In this document: positions 37,029 to 50,326 of the stretch, one piece after another
Layout: every line of letters starts with the position of its first letter
Position numbering within the stretch: position 1 is the first letter of the stretch
Assembly: GCF_006345805.1 (NCBI RefSeq)
Contig: NC_043022.1
Location: forward strand, 2,914,001 to 2,978,000
DNA length: 64,000 nucleotides
Direction of reading: 5' to 3'
Source: Octopus sinensis
Taxonomy: Eukaryota
Position numbers and translations under genes: made by a program
The notes under the pieces: model-generated
The model's database searches: none
Told to the model about the DNA's origin: nothing
The model's input: the letters and a program-made list of their open reading frames with translations, nothing else

Positions 37029-37751
37029 AATAATAATGCTCATTACAGAAATCTGAAGGTTCTTGAGAATGGCTCAGTCTGGGAGGGGCCTCAATAGGTT
37101 GGCATTCCTGCTCCCCCTCCTCCTTTCACACAGATGAAAATAAAACCTACATTTATATGTAAGCATGGCTTAGTGGTTTTGGTATTCTGCTTATGATCGT
37201 AAGGTTGAGTTCGATTCTCAGTGGGCTGTTGTGTCCTTGAGCAAGACACTTTATTTCATGTTGTTGCTCCAATCCATTCATCTGTCACAAGGGAGTTGTA
37301 CCTGTAATTTAGACGGCCAGCCGTGTCACATTCTGTGTCACACTAAAATCTCTCTTTTAAATCTAAATTCCGCCGAGGTCGACTTTGCCTTTCATCCTTC
37401 CGGGGTCGATAAATTAAGTACCAGTTACGCACTGGGGTCGATCTAATCGACATAATCCGTTTGTCTGTCCTTGTTTGTCCCCTCTATGTTTAGCCCCTTG
37501 TGGGCAATAAAAAAAAAATAACCCTGAAATCTCTCTGAGAACTACGTGAAGGGTACGTGTGTCTGTGGAGTGCTCAGCCACTTGCACATAAATTTTGCGA
37601 GCAGGCTATTCCGTTGATCAGCTCAACTGGATCCCTAATTGTTGTAATCGATGGCGTGCCAGTTTTATACACATCAAGAAGGGCTTCAGTAGGTTTTGAT
37701 TTTCCTCTTCCTCCACACAAATGAAATGAATAAAACCTGCATTTATACGCA

Positions 37752-37930
37752 CACGTAAAAAGCACCCACTACACTCACGGAGTGGTTGGCGTTAGGGAGG
37801 GCATCCAGCTGTAGAAACATTGCCAGATAAGACCAGAGCCTGCTGCAGCCTTCTGGCTTCCCAGATCCCCGGTCGAACCGTCCAACCCATGCTAGCATGG
37901 AGAACGGACGTTAAACGATGATGATGATGA
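37752..37930 (+). mobile_element. Family C SINE-like element
   Basis: CACGTAAAAAGCACCCACTAC...GGACGTTAAACGATGATGATG. Confidence 0.85.
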
Positions 37931-38215
37931 CATCCTTATTGAAACAGAACACTATCCATATCAAGTTCCGTTATATCAACACTTCAAGTGAGAACCCATT
38001 AACCCCTCTTCAAATTCGTGATTCAACTCCAAATTATTTGTTAATTTTATGTGCTTCTCACTACTGGCATGGGTCAGACAGAGACTTGACTAAAGTGGTA
38101 TTTTACTGCTGGCTATATATAATATGTGGGGCTCATCATAGGACCTGATGCAGCTCTGTGGCTTGTTGGATCCTGTCAAACTGTCCAGCCCACGCTAGTA
38201 TGGAAAATAAACATT

Positions 38216-38382
38216 AGGCGCAGGAGTGGCTGTGTGGTAAGTAGCTTGTTTACCAACCACATGGTTCCGGGTTCAGTCCCACTGCGTGGCACCTTGGGCA
38301 AGTGTCTTCTACTATAGCCTCGGGCCGACCAAAGCCTTGTGAGTGGATTTGGTAGACGGAAACTGAAAAGAAGCCCGTCGTA

Positions 38383-38444
<62 letters not shown>

Positions 38445-38708
38445 TGTGTGTTTGTGTGTCTGTGTTTGTACCCCTAGCATTGCTTGACAACCGATGCTGG
38501 TGTGTTTATGTCCCCGTTACTTAGCGGTTCGGCAAAAGAGACCGATAGAATAAGTACTGGGTTTACAAAAGAATAAGTCCCGGGATTGAGTTGCTCGATT
38601 AAAGACTGGGCCTAGTGCAACCTTCTGGCTTCCCAGACCCCAGTTGAACCGTCCAACCCATGCTAGCATGGAAAGCGGACGCTAAACGATGATGATGATG
38701 ATGATGAT
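38216..38708 (+). mobile_element. Family A SINE (tail lost) fused to a family C 3' fragment
   Basis: Family A 38216-~38604 breaks off at GATTAAAG and continues directly into CTTCTGGCTTCCCAGACC...(GAT)n. Confidence 0.82.
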
Positions 38709-39192
38709 TAATCAAGTTGATTCTGACTTTGAAATGAATGGCATTTCTTGCTTTTATTTTCTGTCCTTCCCACTTTCCAGTCTCTTTTGCCTTCTCATAT
38801 TTTATCTGCTTTTTAAAATATGTTATAGTCATATCAATGTTTCCTATTCAAGTTAATTGCTTGTTTTCCCTTTCATCTGCCTATTTACCTCTCTCGGTTG
38901 TGAATCAGAAACCCACTATCTTGTAACCGGATTCCAATGTTGATTTCATTTTGTCAACACAAATGAAAAAGATTGTTTTATCTCTCCGTGAGACAGCTCC
39001 ACCCCCACCCCCCATATTAGAAATGTAAGTTATTTACTTTTGATCTTTGTGGTTTCCTTAAGCCAGTATTATGATAAATTTAATCACAACTCATTAGTCA
39101 CAGTGTGTATTTCGAGTGTCTTTCCAAAGTCGTGGTCGTCATGTTTTGTACACTTTTGCAGTGCATTGATGACACCACGGCGATTAAGTTCT

Positions 39193-39462
39193 CTCATTTT
39201 TACATGCCGGTGGCACATAAAAAGCACCATCCGTTCGTGGCCGTTTGCCAGCTCTGTCTGGCACCTGTGCGGGTGGCACGTAAAAAGCACCCACTACACT
39301 CACAGAGTGGTTGGCGTTAGGAAGGGCATCCAGCCGTAGAAACACTGCCAGATCTGACTAGGCCTGATGAAGCCTTCTGGCTTCACAGACCCCAGTTGAA
39401 CCGTCCAACCCATGCCAGCATGAAAAACGGACGCTAAACGATGATGATGATGATGATGATGA
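39193..39462 (+). mobile_element. Family C SINE-like element
   Basis: Same 3' end and (GAT)n tail as other family C copies. Confidence 0.85.
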
Positions 39463-39873
39463 TTGGATGAAGCCATTGTGCTGCTTTGTTCTGACTTTCT
39501 TATAATGGTTTCTTGGCAGAGATATTTCTTTCTCCAGTTGGATGGCTGTTGGCCCAATGGAGAGCGCATCTGCCCTTCAACAAATCTTGTCTTTAGTCCT
39601 GCTGGACGTCCAGACACCGTCCTCACAAGCGTAGCCAGCTACTGAAGTGGGGAAGCAGGTTTAGTTGCCAACCACCCAACCATGGAACAGGTGGGACTGG
39701 CTTCATCTACCTGTGATGAGTTCCCTCACTTGACTATATTTTCACAGTAAGAACTTTTATTTGGTTGGAATTATGTACAAAAGAATAAAATGATTTCTTA
39801 GAAAACTGTGAGGAAATGGTAATTTTCTTTAATGTTATATAGTGGTATAGGGGAGTTAGCAGGACCTGTTTAA

Positions 39874-40084
39874 CCCTTTAAAATTTAAACTGGCCATATC
39901 CCACCAAAATATTCTTCTTTTATGTTCAATCTGGCCAGATCAAACATCTCACACTTACCCTACAATGTTAGTCTAAAAAATATACAGTCATGTAATGAAA
40001 ATCTCAAAGCTACAAGATATTGCCGGATAAATTCAAAACTGTGAATAAATAAGGATTGACATTTGACGAAATAATGCGAAAGGG
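39874..40084. mobile_element. Type A MITE, diverged
   Basis: TTAA|CCCTTTA...GCGAAAGGG|TTAA with type A internal sequence. Confidence 0.75.
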
Positions 40085-40667
40085 TTAAGGCATGGCTATA
40101 GTGGGTTGTTGTCCGATTGCCCTACAGGGGTAGGGGCCTAATGTGTCTGTGTTTGTAAGCTGTGGTCTAAATTAAGACTTTGTTAAAATTTCATGTTGTG
40201 TTCCAAACATCAATTTAAAAATGCCAAAGTTATTTTCCTAAATTCTTCATTATTTTCAAAATTAATTGAAACAAAAGGCAGTGTGTTTCAACAGAAATAT
40301 GGTAACAAAAGGGTTAAAACTGTTAAGGTGACCCTGAGAGTCAGGACTGTTACTTTTAGAAGAATTTAAATTGCTTCACTGTCTATATAAATTACTTTTG
40401 TACACACAGTCTTTTTCACCAAACCGCAAGAGAAAGACCGAATATATTATCGTTTTTCTCTTTCCCATGGGATGAATAAAAAAATCTAGGTTGTTGATCT
40501 CTGCTTTAAGCAAATGTTGGTGATAAAACTAAACTTCATCTATAATTGAGTAGTGTATGGCTAAGCAGAGGACTCTTGCAACATCGTCATCGTTTTAGAG
40601 TCTACTCTTCTGTGTCCAGAGGGGTTGCACAGCATTTGTTGAGGCGGATTTTCTACAGCCTAATACC

Positions 40668-40885
40668 TATTTCTTTACTACCCACAAGGGGCTAAACACA
40701 GAGAGGACAAACGGATTAAGTCGATTATATCGACCCAGTGCGTAACTGGTACTTATTTAATCGACCCCGAAAGGATGAAAGGCAAAGTCGACCTCGGCAG
40801 AATTTGAACTCAGAACGTAACGGCAGACGAAATGTTGCTAAACATTTCGCCCGGCGTGCTAACGTTTCTGCCAGCTTGCCGCCTT
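40668..40885 (-). mobile_element. Family B SINE
   Basis: Reverse complement of 8022-8251. Confidence 0.88.
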
Positions 40886-40994
40886 GTCAATACCCTCTTG
40901 TCAACAACCTCGTCACCAGACATGTTTTCATGAAAGATTGGACATGGACACTGTGTTTGCTTCACTTTTACAACTATCAAGACAAGGAGATTTA

Positions 40995-41032
<38 letters not shown>

Positions 41033-42451
41033 CGAGATTTCACTTTTCATTCACTAAATCCATTCACAAAACTTCATTCAGCCCAGGGTTGTAGAAGATG
41101 CTTGTCCAAGGTGCCACATTGTGGGACTGAACCTGAAACTACATGGTGGCTGGGAATTAGTTTTCCTGACTGCACAGCCATACCTATGCCTATTCAACCA
41201 CATGCAAGCCAACACACACATACACATGGAGGAATGGCCATGTGGGCATGGCATTTGTTTCATAACGATGTAATTTTGGGGGTTCAATCCCACTACGTGA
41301 TATGTTGGGCAAATGTCTTTGCAAGTGGATTTGATAGATAGAAACTGTACTGAAGCTTGTTATGTGTGACCAAAATTTCTTTTCTACTCTTGGCACAGGG
41401 CCCGAAATTAGAGTGACTCAGCATGCAACTGGTTCTTAATTTAATGACCTGGTACACAACTGGTACTTAATTTATTGACCCCGAAAAGATGAAAGGTAAA
41501 GTTGACCTCGGAATTTGAACCCAACGTAAAGTCAAATGAAATACTGCTAAGTATTTCACCCAGCATGCTAACATTTCTTGTGTGCGACCAAAATATTTCT
41601 TTATTGCCCACAAGGGGCTAAACATAGAGGGAACGAACAAGGACAGAGAAAAGGGATTAAGTTGATTACATCTACCCCAGTGCGTAACTGGTACTTACTT
41701 AATCGACCATGAAAGAATGAAAAGCAAAGTCGAACCCGGTGGAATTTGAGCTCAGAATGCAACAGCAGACGAAATACTGCTAAGCATTTCGCCCAGCATG
41801 CTAATGATTCTGCCAGCTCGCCACCAAAATATTGGAAATGAATGGCACTTGTTTACAACACTCACACAATGTCAAGACAAGGTGGTATATATACACAACC
41901 CACACATATACATAATTTGGATTCTCCAAATCCAATGTATTAATGGCACAGTGAAGGTTTGTTAGTCATTCCAAAGATTTTCCATCTGAGATTCTTTAGG
42001 TGAATAGATGCACACACTTGAGTGTAAGCATTGACGGTCAAACCAACACACCAACCCAACCATATATTTTATAAACACCAGGATCTCTCTTGATTCAGTC
42101 TTGTTATGTTATTAGTGATTGGCTTGTGCAAGTTACTCGGTAACTCTGCTGGTGCCACGTAAAAAGGATCCAATCCACACTGTAAAGTGGTCAGCTTGGA
42201 AGGGCATCCAGCTGTAAAAATCATACCAAAACTGACCTTGCCTGTGCTAGTGCCATGTAAAAAGCACTGAGTCCACTCTGCAGAGTGGTTGGTGTTAGGA
42301 AGGGCATCCAGCCATAAAACCTCTGCCAAATCAGACACAGTAGCCTAGGGTAGTTTTTCTACCTGGCTGGCTCCTGTCAACCGTCCTACCCATGCATGCA
42401 TGGAAGATGGATGTTGAACGATGATGATGTCTGTCTGTCAATCCATCTATC

Positions 42452-42684
42452 TATTTCTTTATTACCCACAAGGGGCTAAACATAGAGGGGACAAACAAGG
42501 ACAGACATAGGTATTAAGTTGATTACATCGACCCCAGTGCGTAACTGGTACTTAATTTATCGACCCTGAAAGGATGAAAGGCAAAGTTGACCTCGGCGGA
42601 ATTTGAACTCAGAATGTAACAACAGACGAAATACGACTACGCATTTCGCCCGGCGTGCTAATGTTTCTGCCAGCTCGCCACCCT
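42452..42684 (-). mobile_element. Family B SINE
   Basis: Reverse complement of the family B consensus; further copies at ~41440-41825. Confidence 0.88.
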
Positions 42685-43518
42685 CAATCCATCTATCTAT
42701 CTGTCTATCTATCCATCTATGTGTCTATCCATCCATCTCTCCCTCCCTCTCTCGTCATGGGGTTCTTTCGGTTTATGTTTACCAATTCCACTCACAAGGC
42801 TTTGGTCAGCCAGGGGTTATAGTACGAGACATTTGCTCATGGTGCCACACAGTGAGATGCTGGGTAGATGTATAGGGAATATAAATAAATAGTTGAATAT
42901 GGAGAACAACTTTAACAGTAATGGTAACACAGGCACACATACAGTAAACAGAAACTGTTTCCTAGTTGTCCCCGTCGTGTCCTTGTTTGAGTTACGTCTG
43001 TACGAAAGTGTTTTTGTATTTGTTTTTCTTAAGTTTGGAAGGATAATAGAGTTTCGTCAGAGGAGGTCTGCCTCAGTGCATTGTGCAAAGACTTTCCACT
43101 AAATATAGTCAGTGCACTTTGAAGAAGTTCTGCTCCACACATTTCATATCACAACTAAAACCTCTCGGGAGTTTCGTTATGTTAGCTTTTCGGCATTGCG
43201 CAGAAGTAATTATTTTGGAAAATTTCAACCTATTTAAAATTTAAACCGATTTACAAGCAAATTCTTTCACGGATAGAAAGGATTCTAGATCTTTCTGTTT
43301 TAAGAAGCTTAGCTTCTTTCTCCAATATTCATATATCTTTTAATATTGCCAATATCATTTAGAAAGCAAGAATTCATTTTGGTATTGGTGTAGGTTTACC
43401 ACAATTTTATTATTGGAATTAAAATCTGCCAGTTTCCAGATTGACATGTCTGTCTGTGTGTCTACCTATGTATCTCTATCCCTTTGTTTTTTTTTCCTTT
43501 ACTTTGCCTTCTATTTCC

Positions 43519-43562
<44 letters not shown>

Positions 43563-44095
43563 TTCTTTGTTTTCCAATCAATTTTGCTTTCTTCTTTCTC
43601 TCTTCCTGCGATAATAAATCTAAAGATCTTAAACCTGCCAGTTTTCAAAATTTCCCAGCTGATCTACAAGGCTGGTTGCCAAATTATTGAAAACATCAGA
43701 GTGAGAAGTGCTGCAGCGCTGGTTAATTACTTTGTAAACCAGATGATGTAGTAGGAAGATAGTAGACCCACCCACTCACCCTGTGAAACTGACTGAAATA
43801 GTCAAGTAGTAGTAGTAGCATTAGAGTGACTGACATCACTGACTTGAATCTGCCATGCTATGAGTGGCTTGAAAATGTTGTGTTTGTACAAGGGTCTAGC
43901 AGTACAGCTGCTGTATTTCTTGGTGAAGGTTTTGCCAAAAAGAGAAGGGGATTTCGGGATGTTGTTTAATAACTGACAGGGATTTTTATATTCTGTAAAA
44001 GTGGAGAGACAAAAGGACTGAGTAAAGATTAGTTTCTTTGGCTCAAGCCACAAAGGAAGGAATCAGAAAATTAGTTCAAGAATATATATATATAT

Positions 44096-44498
44096 AGGTG
44101 CAGGCATGGCTGTGTGGTAAAAAGTTCGCTCCCCAACCACATGGTTTTGGGTTCAGTCCCACTACATGGCACCTTGGGCAAGTGTCTTCTACTATAGCCT
44201 CAGGCTGATCAAAACCTTGAGTAGATTTGGTAGATGTAAACTGAAAGAAGCCTGTTGTGTGTTTGTGTGTGTGTGTATATATATATGATATATGTGTGTG
44301 TGTTTGTGCGCCCTGTCATCACTTGACAACTGATGCTGGTGTGTTTATGTCTCTGTAACTTAGTGGCTTGGCAAAAGAGATCGATAGAGTAAATACTAGG
44401 CTTACAAAGAATGTCCTGTGGTTGATTTCTTCAACTAAAGCCCTTTAAAGCAATGCTCCAGCATGGCCACAGTCAAATGACTGAAACAAGTATAAGAA
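44096..44498 (+). mobile_element. Family A SINE, diverged
   Basis: Head, body and tail recognisable. Confidence 0.85.
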
Positions 44499-45016
44499 TC
44501 TATATATAATCTTAGTGAAGGTGCTTGGCCCAGTGGTTATGGTACTGCACTCCTGATCATTAGATTGCGGGTTCTGATTCCTGGACTGGGCAGCACGTTG
44601 TGTTCTTGAGCAAAAAACTTGATTTCATTCTGTTCCAGTCCACTCAGCTGTAAACGTCCTACCCCCCCACCAATGATGGAAGAGCCTTCTAATCAGGGGG
44701 AATGTTATTCTGCTTGGCTAACCAGCAGGGTGGTGTAATTCAAAAGCTAAAACTGTGCAAAGCGCATTGTGACCAGTGATGTATAACATCATCCAGTAGT
44801 CTAGTTGATACCCTGGTGTGAGTGTGTACACACACACACACACACACAGTTCTCATCTCTACTGTCTGATGAATGGGAACATGAAATTCTGAGTAATAGC
44901 TTTTGTGATTATTTTGAAGCTTTAATAAAAGCATATTACCCTACCTTTTGGTATTTGAGTACTCTTTTTGCCACCTCATTTTGCACTTATGTGCTCACCT
45001 GTATTTATTTATTTTT

Positions 45017-45399
45017 TTTTACTTGTTTCAGTCATTTGACTGCGGCCATGCTGGAGCACCGCCTTTAGTCGAACAACTCGACCCCAGGACTTATTCTTTG
45101 TAAGCCCAGTACTTATTCTATTGGTCTCTTTTGCCGAACCGCTAAGTGACGGGGACGTAAACACACTAGCATCGGTTGTCAAGCAATGCTAGGGGGACAA
45201 ACACACACATACATATAAATATATATACATATATACAACAGGCTTCTTTCAGTTTCCGTCCACCAAATCCACTCACAAGGCTTTGGTCGGCCCGGGGCTA
45301 TAGTAGAAGACACTTGCCCAAGATGCCACGCAGTGGGACTGAACCCGGAACCATGAGGTTGGTAAGCAAGCTACTTACCACACAGCCACTCCTGCACCT
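45017..45399 (-). mobile_element. Family A SINE
   Basis: Near-consensus copy. Confidence 0.9.
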
Positions 45400-45624
45400 A
45401 TGTGTATATACAACAAATATTACTGTTAATCTATTTTTTCTAGCTGTGCCTGTATGGTGCGTTTTATGTTCCACTGGCACGGGGAGCCAGTCAGGGTGAG
45501 GGGGCTGGCATTGACCACATTCGGATGGTACTTTTTATGTGCCACACCGGCATGGGGCGGCAGTCAGGTGGATCTGGCAGCAACCCACGCATAAATGAAT
45601 GGTGCTTATCACGCGCCACCAGCA

Positions 45625-45770
45625 CTGGTAACATTATCATCGTCATTGTTCGACCGTGGTCGAGACAATGGAATTTACCATGTTACGCCAGACTTCACGG
45701 TCCATCATAGCATTACGGAGGTCCTGTTGCTGGATGCCTGTGTCCCTGGAGATTACCATACAGGTACAGC
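45625..45770 (-). mobile_element. RTE-clade LINE extreme 3' fragment
   Basis: VISRDTGIQQQDLRNAMMDREVWRNMVNSIVSTTVEQ* followed by a TGA-type tail; resembles RTE C-terminal D...L..AM.DR..WR. Confidence 0.65.
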
Positions 45771-45865
45771 TAGAAAAAATAACAGCCACAACTACAATTT
45801 CTGAAGCCAGGGAGTTCAATACCATAGCCAATAATATCAAAGTACCAGCTACAAACATTACTCTT

Positions 45866-46269
45866 ACTCTTTTATTCTTTTACTTGTTTCAGTCATTTGA
45901 CTGCGGCCATGCTGGAGCACCGCCTTTAGTCGAGCAAATCGACCCCGGGACTTATTCTTTGTAAGCCCAGTACTTATTCTATTGGTCTCTTTTTGCCGAA
46001 CCGCTAAATGACGGGGACGTAAACACACCAGCATCGGTTGTCAAGCGATGGTGGGGGGACAAACACAGACACACAAACACATACACACATATATATACAT
46101 ATATATATACATATATACGACAGGCTTCTTTCAGTTTCCGTCTACCAAATCCACTCACAAGGCTTTGGTTGGCCCGAGGCTATAGTAGAAGACACTTGCC
46201 CAAGGTGCCATGCAGTGGGACTGAACCCGGAACCATGTGGTTTGTAAGCAAGCTACTTACCACACAGCC
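45866..46269 (-). mobile_element. Family A SINE
   Basis: Near-consensus copy. Confidence 0.9.
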
Positions 46270-46511
46270 GTGGCATCATGTCAGGTGTTGAGGTATCCAA
46301 AGCAGACAATTGCTTCTATGCAACTCTAACTCTGTATTGAAAGGGGCGGAATCAGTGGTTTTGCAATTAGCTTGCATTTGCAGCCTTCATCCTCATCTGG
46401 TTGAGCTTGCTTGGGCGTTTTTAACCTACACATGCCATCCATCTTGTTCCTGCATTAGTTGAGGGAGGTTTTCAGGGAGGTCTCCTGTGTTTCTGCTCAG
46501 TTGATCTACAT

Positions 46512-46773
46512 CAGTGGTTCTTAACCGTTTCTTATCTATGGACCCCTTCGATTACTATTCTGTTCTGGTGGACCTTAATTGCCATTCGATGCTTTTAAAT
46601 GAGTTTTATAGATACTTCTTTTGAGATTCCTATTTCGTTTTGCACACATTAACTCGTGTAGGTCGAAGTATGTGATTGGCGGTCCCCTAAAATACTGCTG
46701 TGAATCTCCAATTTGCTATTTTGCTTGTATGGACCACCAGAACCCTTATATGGACCCTGGTTGAGAACCACTG
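46512..46773. mobile_element. hAT-superfamily (Charlie-like) MITE with 8-bp TSD
   Basis: TIRs CAGTGGTTCTTAACC / GGTTGAGAACCACTG; flanks ATCTACAT (46504-46511) and ATCTGCAT (46774-46781). Confidence 0.85.
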
Positions 46774-47053
46774 ATCTGCATAGTGCTCAGATGACCTGCT
46801 TGAATATGGCCATATTTTGGCATCCATAGCAGTGGGACACACACACACACACACACACAACTAGATTCTTTCTGTTTCTGCCTCCCAAATACACTCACAA
46901 GGCTTTGTTTAGTCCGAGGTTATAGTAGAAAACACTTGCCCAAGGTGCTCCGTAGTGGGCTTGAACCCAAAGCCACATGAGTTGGGAAGCAAACTTCTCA
47001 ACAACAACACAGCCACATCTGCTAACATCTAAGGTGGGGAAAAAATTCATTAA

Positions 47054-47272
47054 CCCTTTAGTGTTCAGAATATTCAATCAAGCATAATGCTTATTGATTC
47101 CCATTTATTTGAATTAATCATGCATTATCTCATATCTTCAAGAGCTTGATGGTGTAATTACTTAATGCAGAATAACATTGTAGGGTAGGTGTGAGGGCCT
47201 GGATCTGGTCAGTTTGAACATAAAACAGATTAACTACTTTGGCCGGATATGGCCGGTTTAAATACTAAAGGG
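47054..47272. mobile_element. Type A MITE, intact
   Basis: TTAA|CCCTTTAG...CTAAAGGG|TTAA; same orientation and internal sequence as 23101. Confidence 0.85.
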
Positions 47273-48988
47273 TTAAATGAAAATAAAAGGTTTGACAATA
47301 ATGTTTCTTTTACCTTTTAATCTTGATTGTATGCAAAAAAAATTATTGTGAAAAAATGTTTTTTTCTCATGACAGAATTATGTGTTTAACCACTAAAATG
47401 CTTGCGTGAATATAAAGAGTTATTCATTTTACTGACTAACAACACTTAACCAGAAAGAGCTTTGATCTCTGTGATTGTTTTTACCCCTGTTCGTCTGTGT
47501 TCTCACATATGTTCGCAGCATTCCTGTTAAATGGCTAATGGTATGTTTTGTAGCCCGAGCTTTCATACGGCATCTTAGTCGACATTTAACGTCCGCTTTT
47601 CCCATGTTCACATGGGACGGATGAAATTTGTCGAGGTGTATTTTTTTACGGCTGGATGCCCTTCCTGTCACCAAATGTTACCTGTTTCCAACTCAGGTGG
47701 TATTTCCCTCTGATCAGATATCTAGACATCTTTTCACGGCAGACTGGAAATGAGAACATTGTATGCATGATGGTGACATTTGCTTACAACAATCACGTGA
47801 TGTCAAGGCAAAGAGACAGTAACAGACACACACACACACACATGCGATGGGCTTCTTTCAGTTTCAGTCTATCAAATACACTCATAAATCATTGTTTGGC
47901 ATAGGGCTATGGTAAAAGACCTGATTTGGCATGGTTTCTACTGCTGGATGCCCTTCCAAATGCCAACCACTCCAAAAGTGTAATGGGTGCTTCTTATGTG
48001 CCACCAACACAGGTGCCAGTTATGTGATACCAGCATCAGCCCCAACTATGCTTTCACTTGGCTTGATGGCTCTCCTCAGGCATAACATGTCACCAAAGGT
48101 CATGGCCACCTATCATTTCCTCCCCGAGGCCCCGCATTCTATTTTGCCTAATGGGTAATCCAGCACTGTACATTCCTGCTGCAGCACTAACCGCAACAGG
48201 ACTGATGTAAATATATGATGAGCCAATGTGGTATTTGGTAAAATGAACCGCGTAAGAGAAATAGCTTTGAGATTACTTTCAATTAAGTATAATTATTGTT
48301 TACTATATTAGTTTAGGCAACTAACCTTTTGTGAGCATTAATTTCATTTGTGCACAGGTTGCAGAAATGTGTGCATATGAGCAAGCGCACAGCTTAGCGG
48401 GAACAGAGCTTGAAAGATTTACTAAATCCTCGTGTCAAGGATACAGCGTAGTTGAATCCATCCTAAGAAAGATTATTTGTCTGTACAACAGTGCAGACGT
48501 CATATAACATATAGCGAGACTAATTAGACTGATTAGGTTTCTTCTGCAGCTAATTTGCAGAAAAATATACTTTGATGGGGAGGTGGGGGATTAATGAAGA
48601 CTTGAAACTTTTACCTTTTTGTTATGAGAGTTACTATTGTTTCAATTAGTTTTTTCATAATTAAGTTAGTGTTTGGAATTTAAATTGTGAAATTTTTATG
48701 AAAGGTTTTAATTTAGATCACTTTAACCCTTTGGTTACCATATTTCTGTTGAAATACACTGATTTTGTTTAAATTAATTTTAAGAATAATGAATTTACTA
48801 AAATAACTTTGTCATTTTTAAACTGGTGTTTAGAACTTAATCTAAATGCTAAGGCCATAATGTTAATGATATATACATCAATAATACATAATGTTATGGG
48901 AGAATCCTGAACTCCCCCACGTGAATGAAGGTGGACTAACCAATTACAATAAATAAGAACTGAGTGAACTGTCGGGGAAGAGTTGATG

Positions 48989-49640
48989 GTGTTAGTTCAA
49001 TGTGCGTTGGTTAACCGTGTTAGTTCAATGTGTGTTGGTTCACTGTGTTAGTTCAATGTGTGTTGGTTAACCGTGTTAGTTCAATGTGTGTTGGTTAACC
49101 GTGTTAGTTCAATGTGTGTTGGTTCACTGTGTTAGTTCAATGTGTGTTGGTTCACCGTGTTAGTTCAATGTGTGTTGGTTAACCACGTTAGTTCAATGTG
49201 CGTTGGTTAACCGTGTTAGTTCAATGTGTGTTAGTTCACTGTGTTAGTTCAATGTGTGTTGGTTGACCGTGTTAGTTCAATGTGTGTTGGTTCACTGTGT
49301 TACTTCGATGTGTGTTGGTTCACTGTGTTAGTTCAATGTGTGTTGGTTAACCGTGTTAGTTCAATGTGTGTTGGTTAACCACGTTAGTTGAATGTGTGTC
49401 GGTTAACCGTGTTAGTTCAATGTGTGTTGGTTAACCGTGTTAGTTCAATGTGTGTTGGTTAACCGTGTTAGTTCAATGTGTGTTGGTTAACCGTGTTAGT
49501 TCAATGTGTGTTGGTTAACCGTGTTAGTTCAATGTGTGTTGGTTAACCATGTTAGTTCAATGTGTGTTGGTTAACCGTGTTAATTCAATGTGTGTTAGTT
49601 AACCGTGTTAGTTTGATGTGTGTTGGTTGACTGTGTTAGT
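48989..49640. repeat. 28-bp minisatellite, ~23 copies
   Basis: Unit GTGTTAGTTCAATGTGTGTTGGTTAACC with variants (GGTTCACT, CCACG). Confidence 0.95.
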
Positions 49641-49901
49641 GGAACAGTGAATATTGAGTATTATACCTACATTCGAGTAGTATGGAGTGCGTTTTGTGTT
49701 AACATATATTTCTGTAATAGGTTATTTTTAAATAACCACAACCAACTATTTATTTGAGTAATATCATTTTATGTCAGACATGTCTATAAAAACTCTCCCT
49801 GCTTTATGCTGGCTAGATCTGGCCTCACACACTTGCCCGACAATATCATTTTAAAAATAAACAATCACATCATTGAAATGTTGAACTATGAGATAAAGTA
49901 T

Positions 49902-50326
49902 CATCATCATCGTTTAGCGTCTGCTTTCCATGCTAGCATGGGTTGGACAGTTCAACTGGGGTCTGTGAAGCCAGAAGGCTGCATCAGGCCCAGTCTGATC
50001 TGGCAGTGTTTCTACGGCTGGATGCCCTTCCTAACGCCAACCACTCCATGAGTGTAGTGGGTGCTTTTTATGTGCCGCCGGCACAGGTGCCAGACGGAGC
50101 TGGCAAACGGCCACGGACGGATGGTGCTTTTTACGTGCCACTGGCACGGGGGCCAGGCGAGGCTGGCAACGGCCACGATCGGATGGTGCCTTTTACGTGC
50201 CACCGGCACGGGGGCCAGGCGAGGCTGGCAACGGCCACGATCAGATGGTGCTTTTTACGTGCCACCAGCACGGGGGCCAGGTGAGGCTGGCAACGGCCAC
50301 GAACGGATGGTGCTTTTTTACGTGCC
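49902..50326 (-). mobile_element. Family C element with three 62-bp internal units, inserted in a type A MITE
   Basis: GGTGC(T/C)TTTTACGTGCC at 50123, 50185, 50247, 50309; AGTAT on both sides (49897-49901, 50327-50331); MITE right end AATGCTAAAGGG|TTAA at 50384-50399. Confidence 0.85.

Noticed and set aside
39463-39720. GC-richer unique segment as an exon or LINE remnant
   Set aside because: No frame gave a convincing motif or consistent splice sites
48989-49640. 28-bp array as a CRISPR or telomeric repeat
   Set aside because: No spacers and no TTAGGG-type unit
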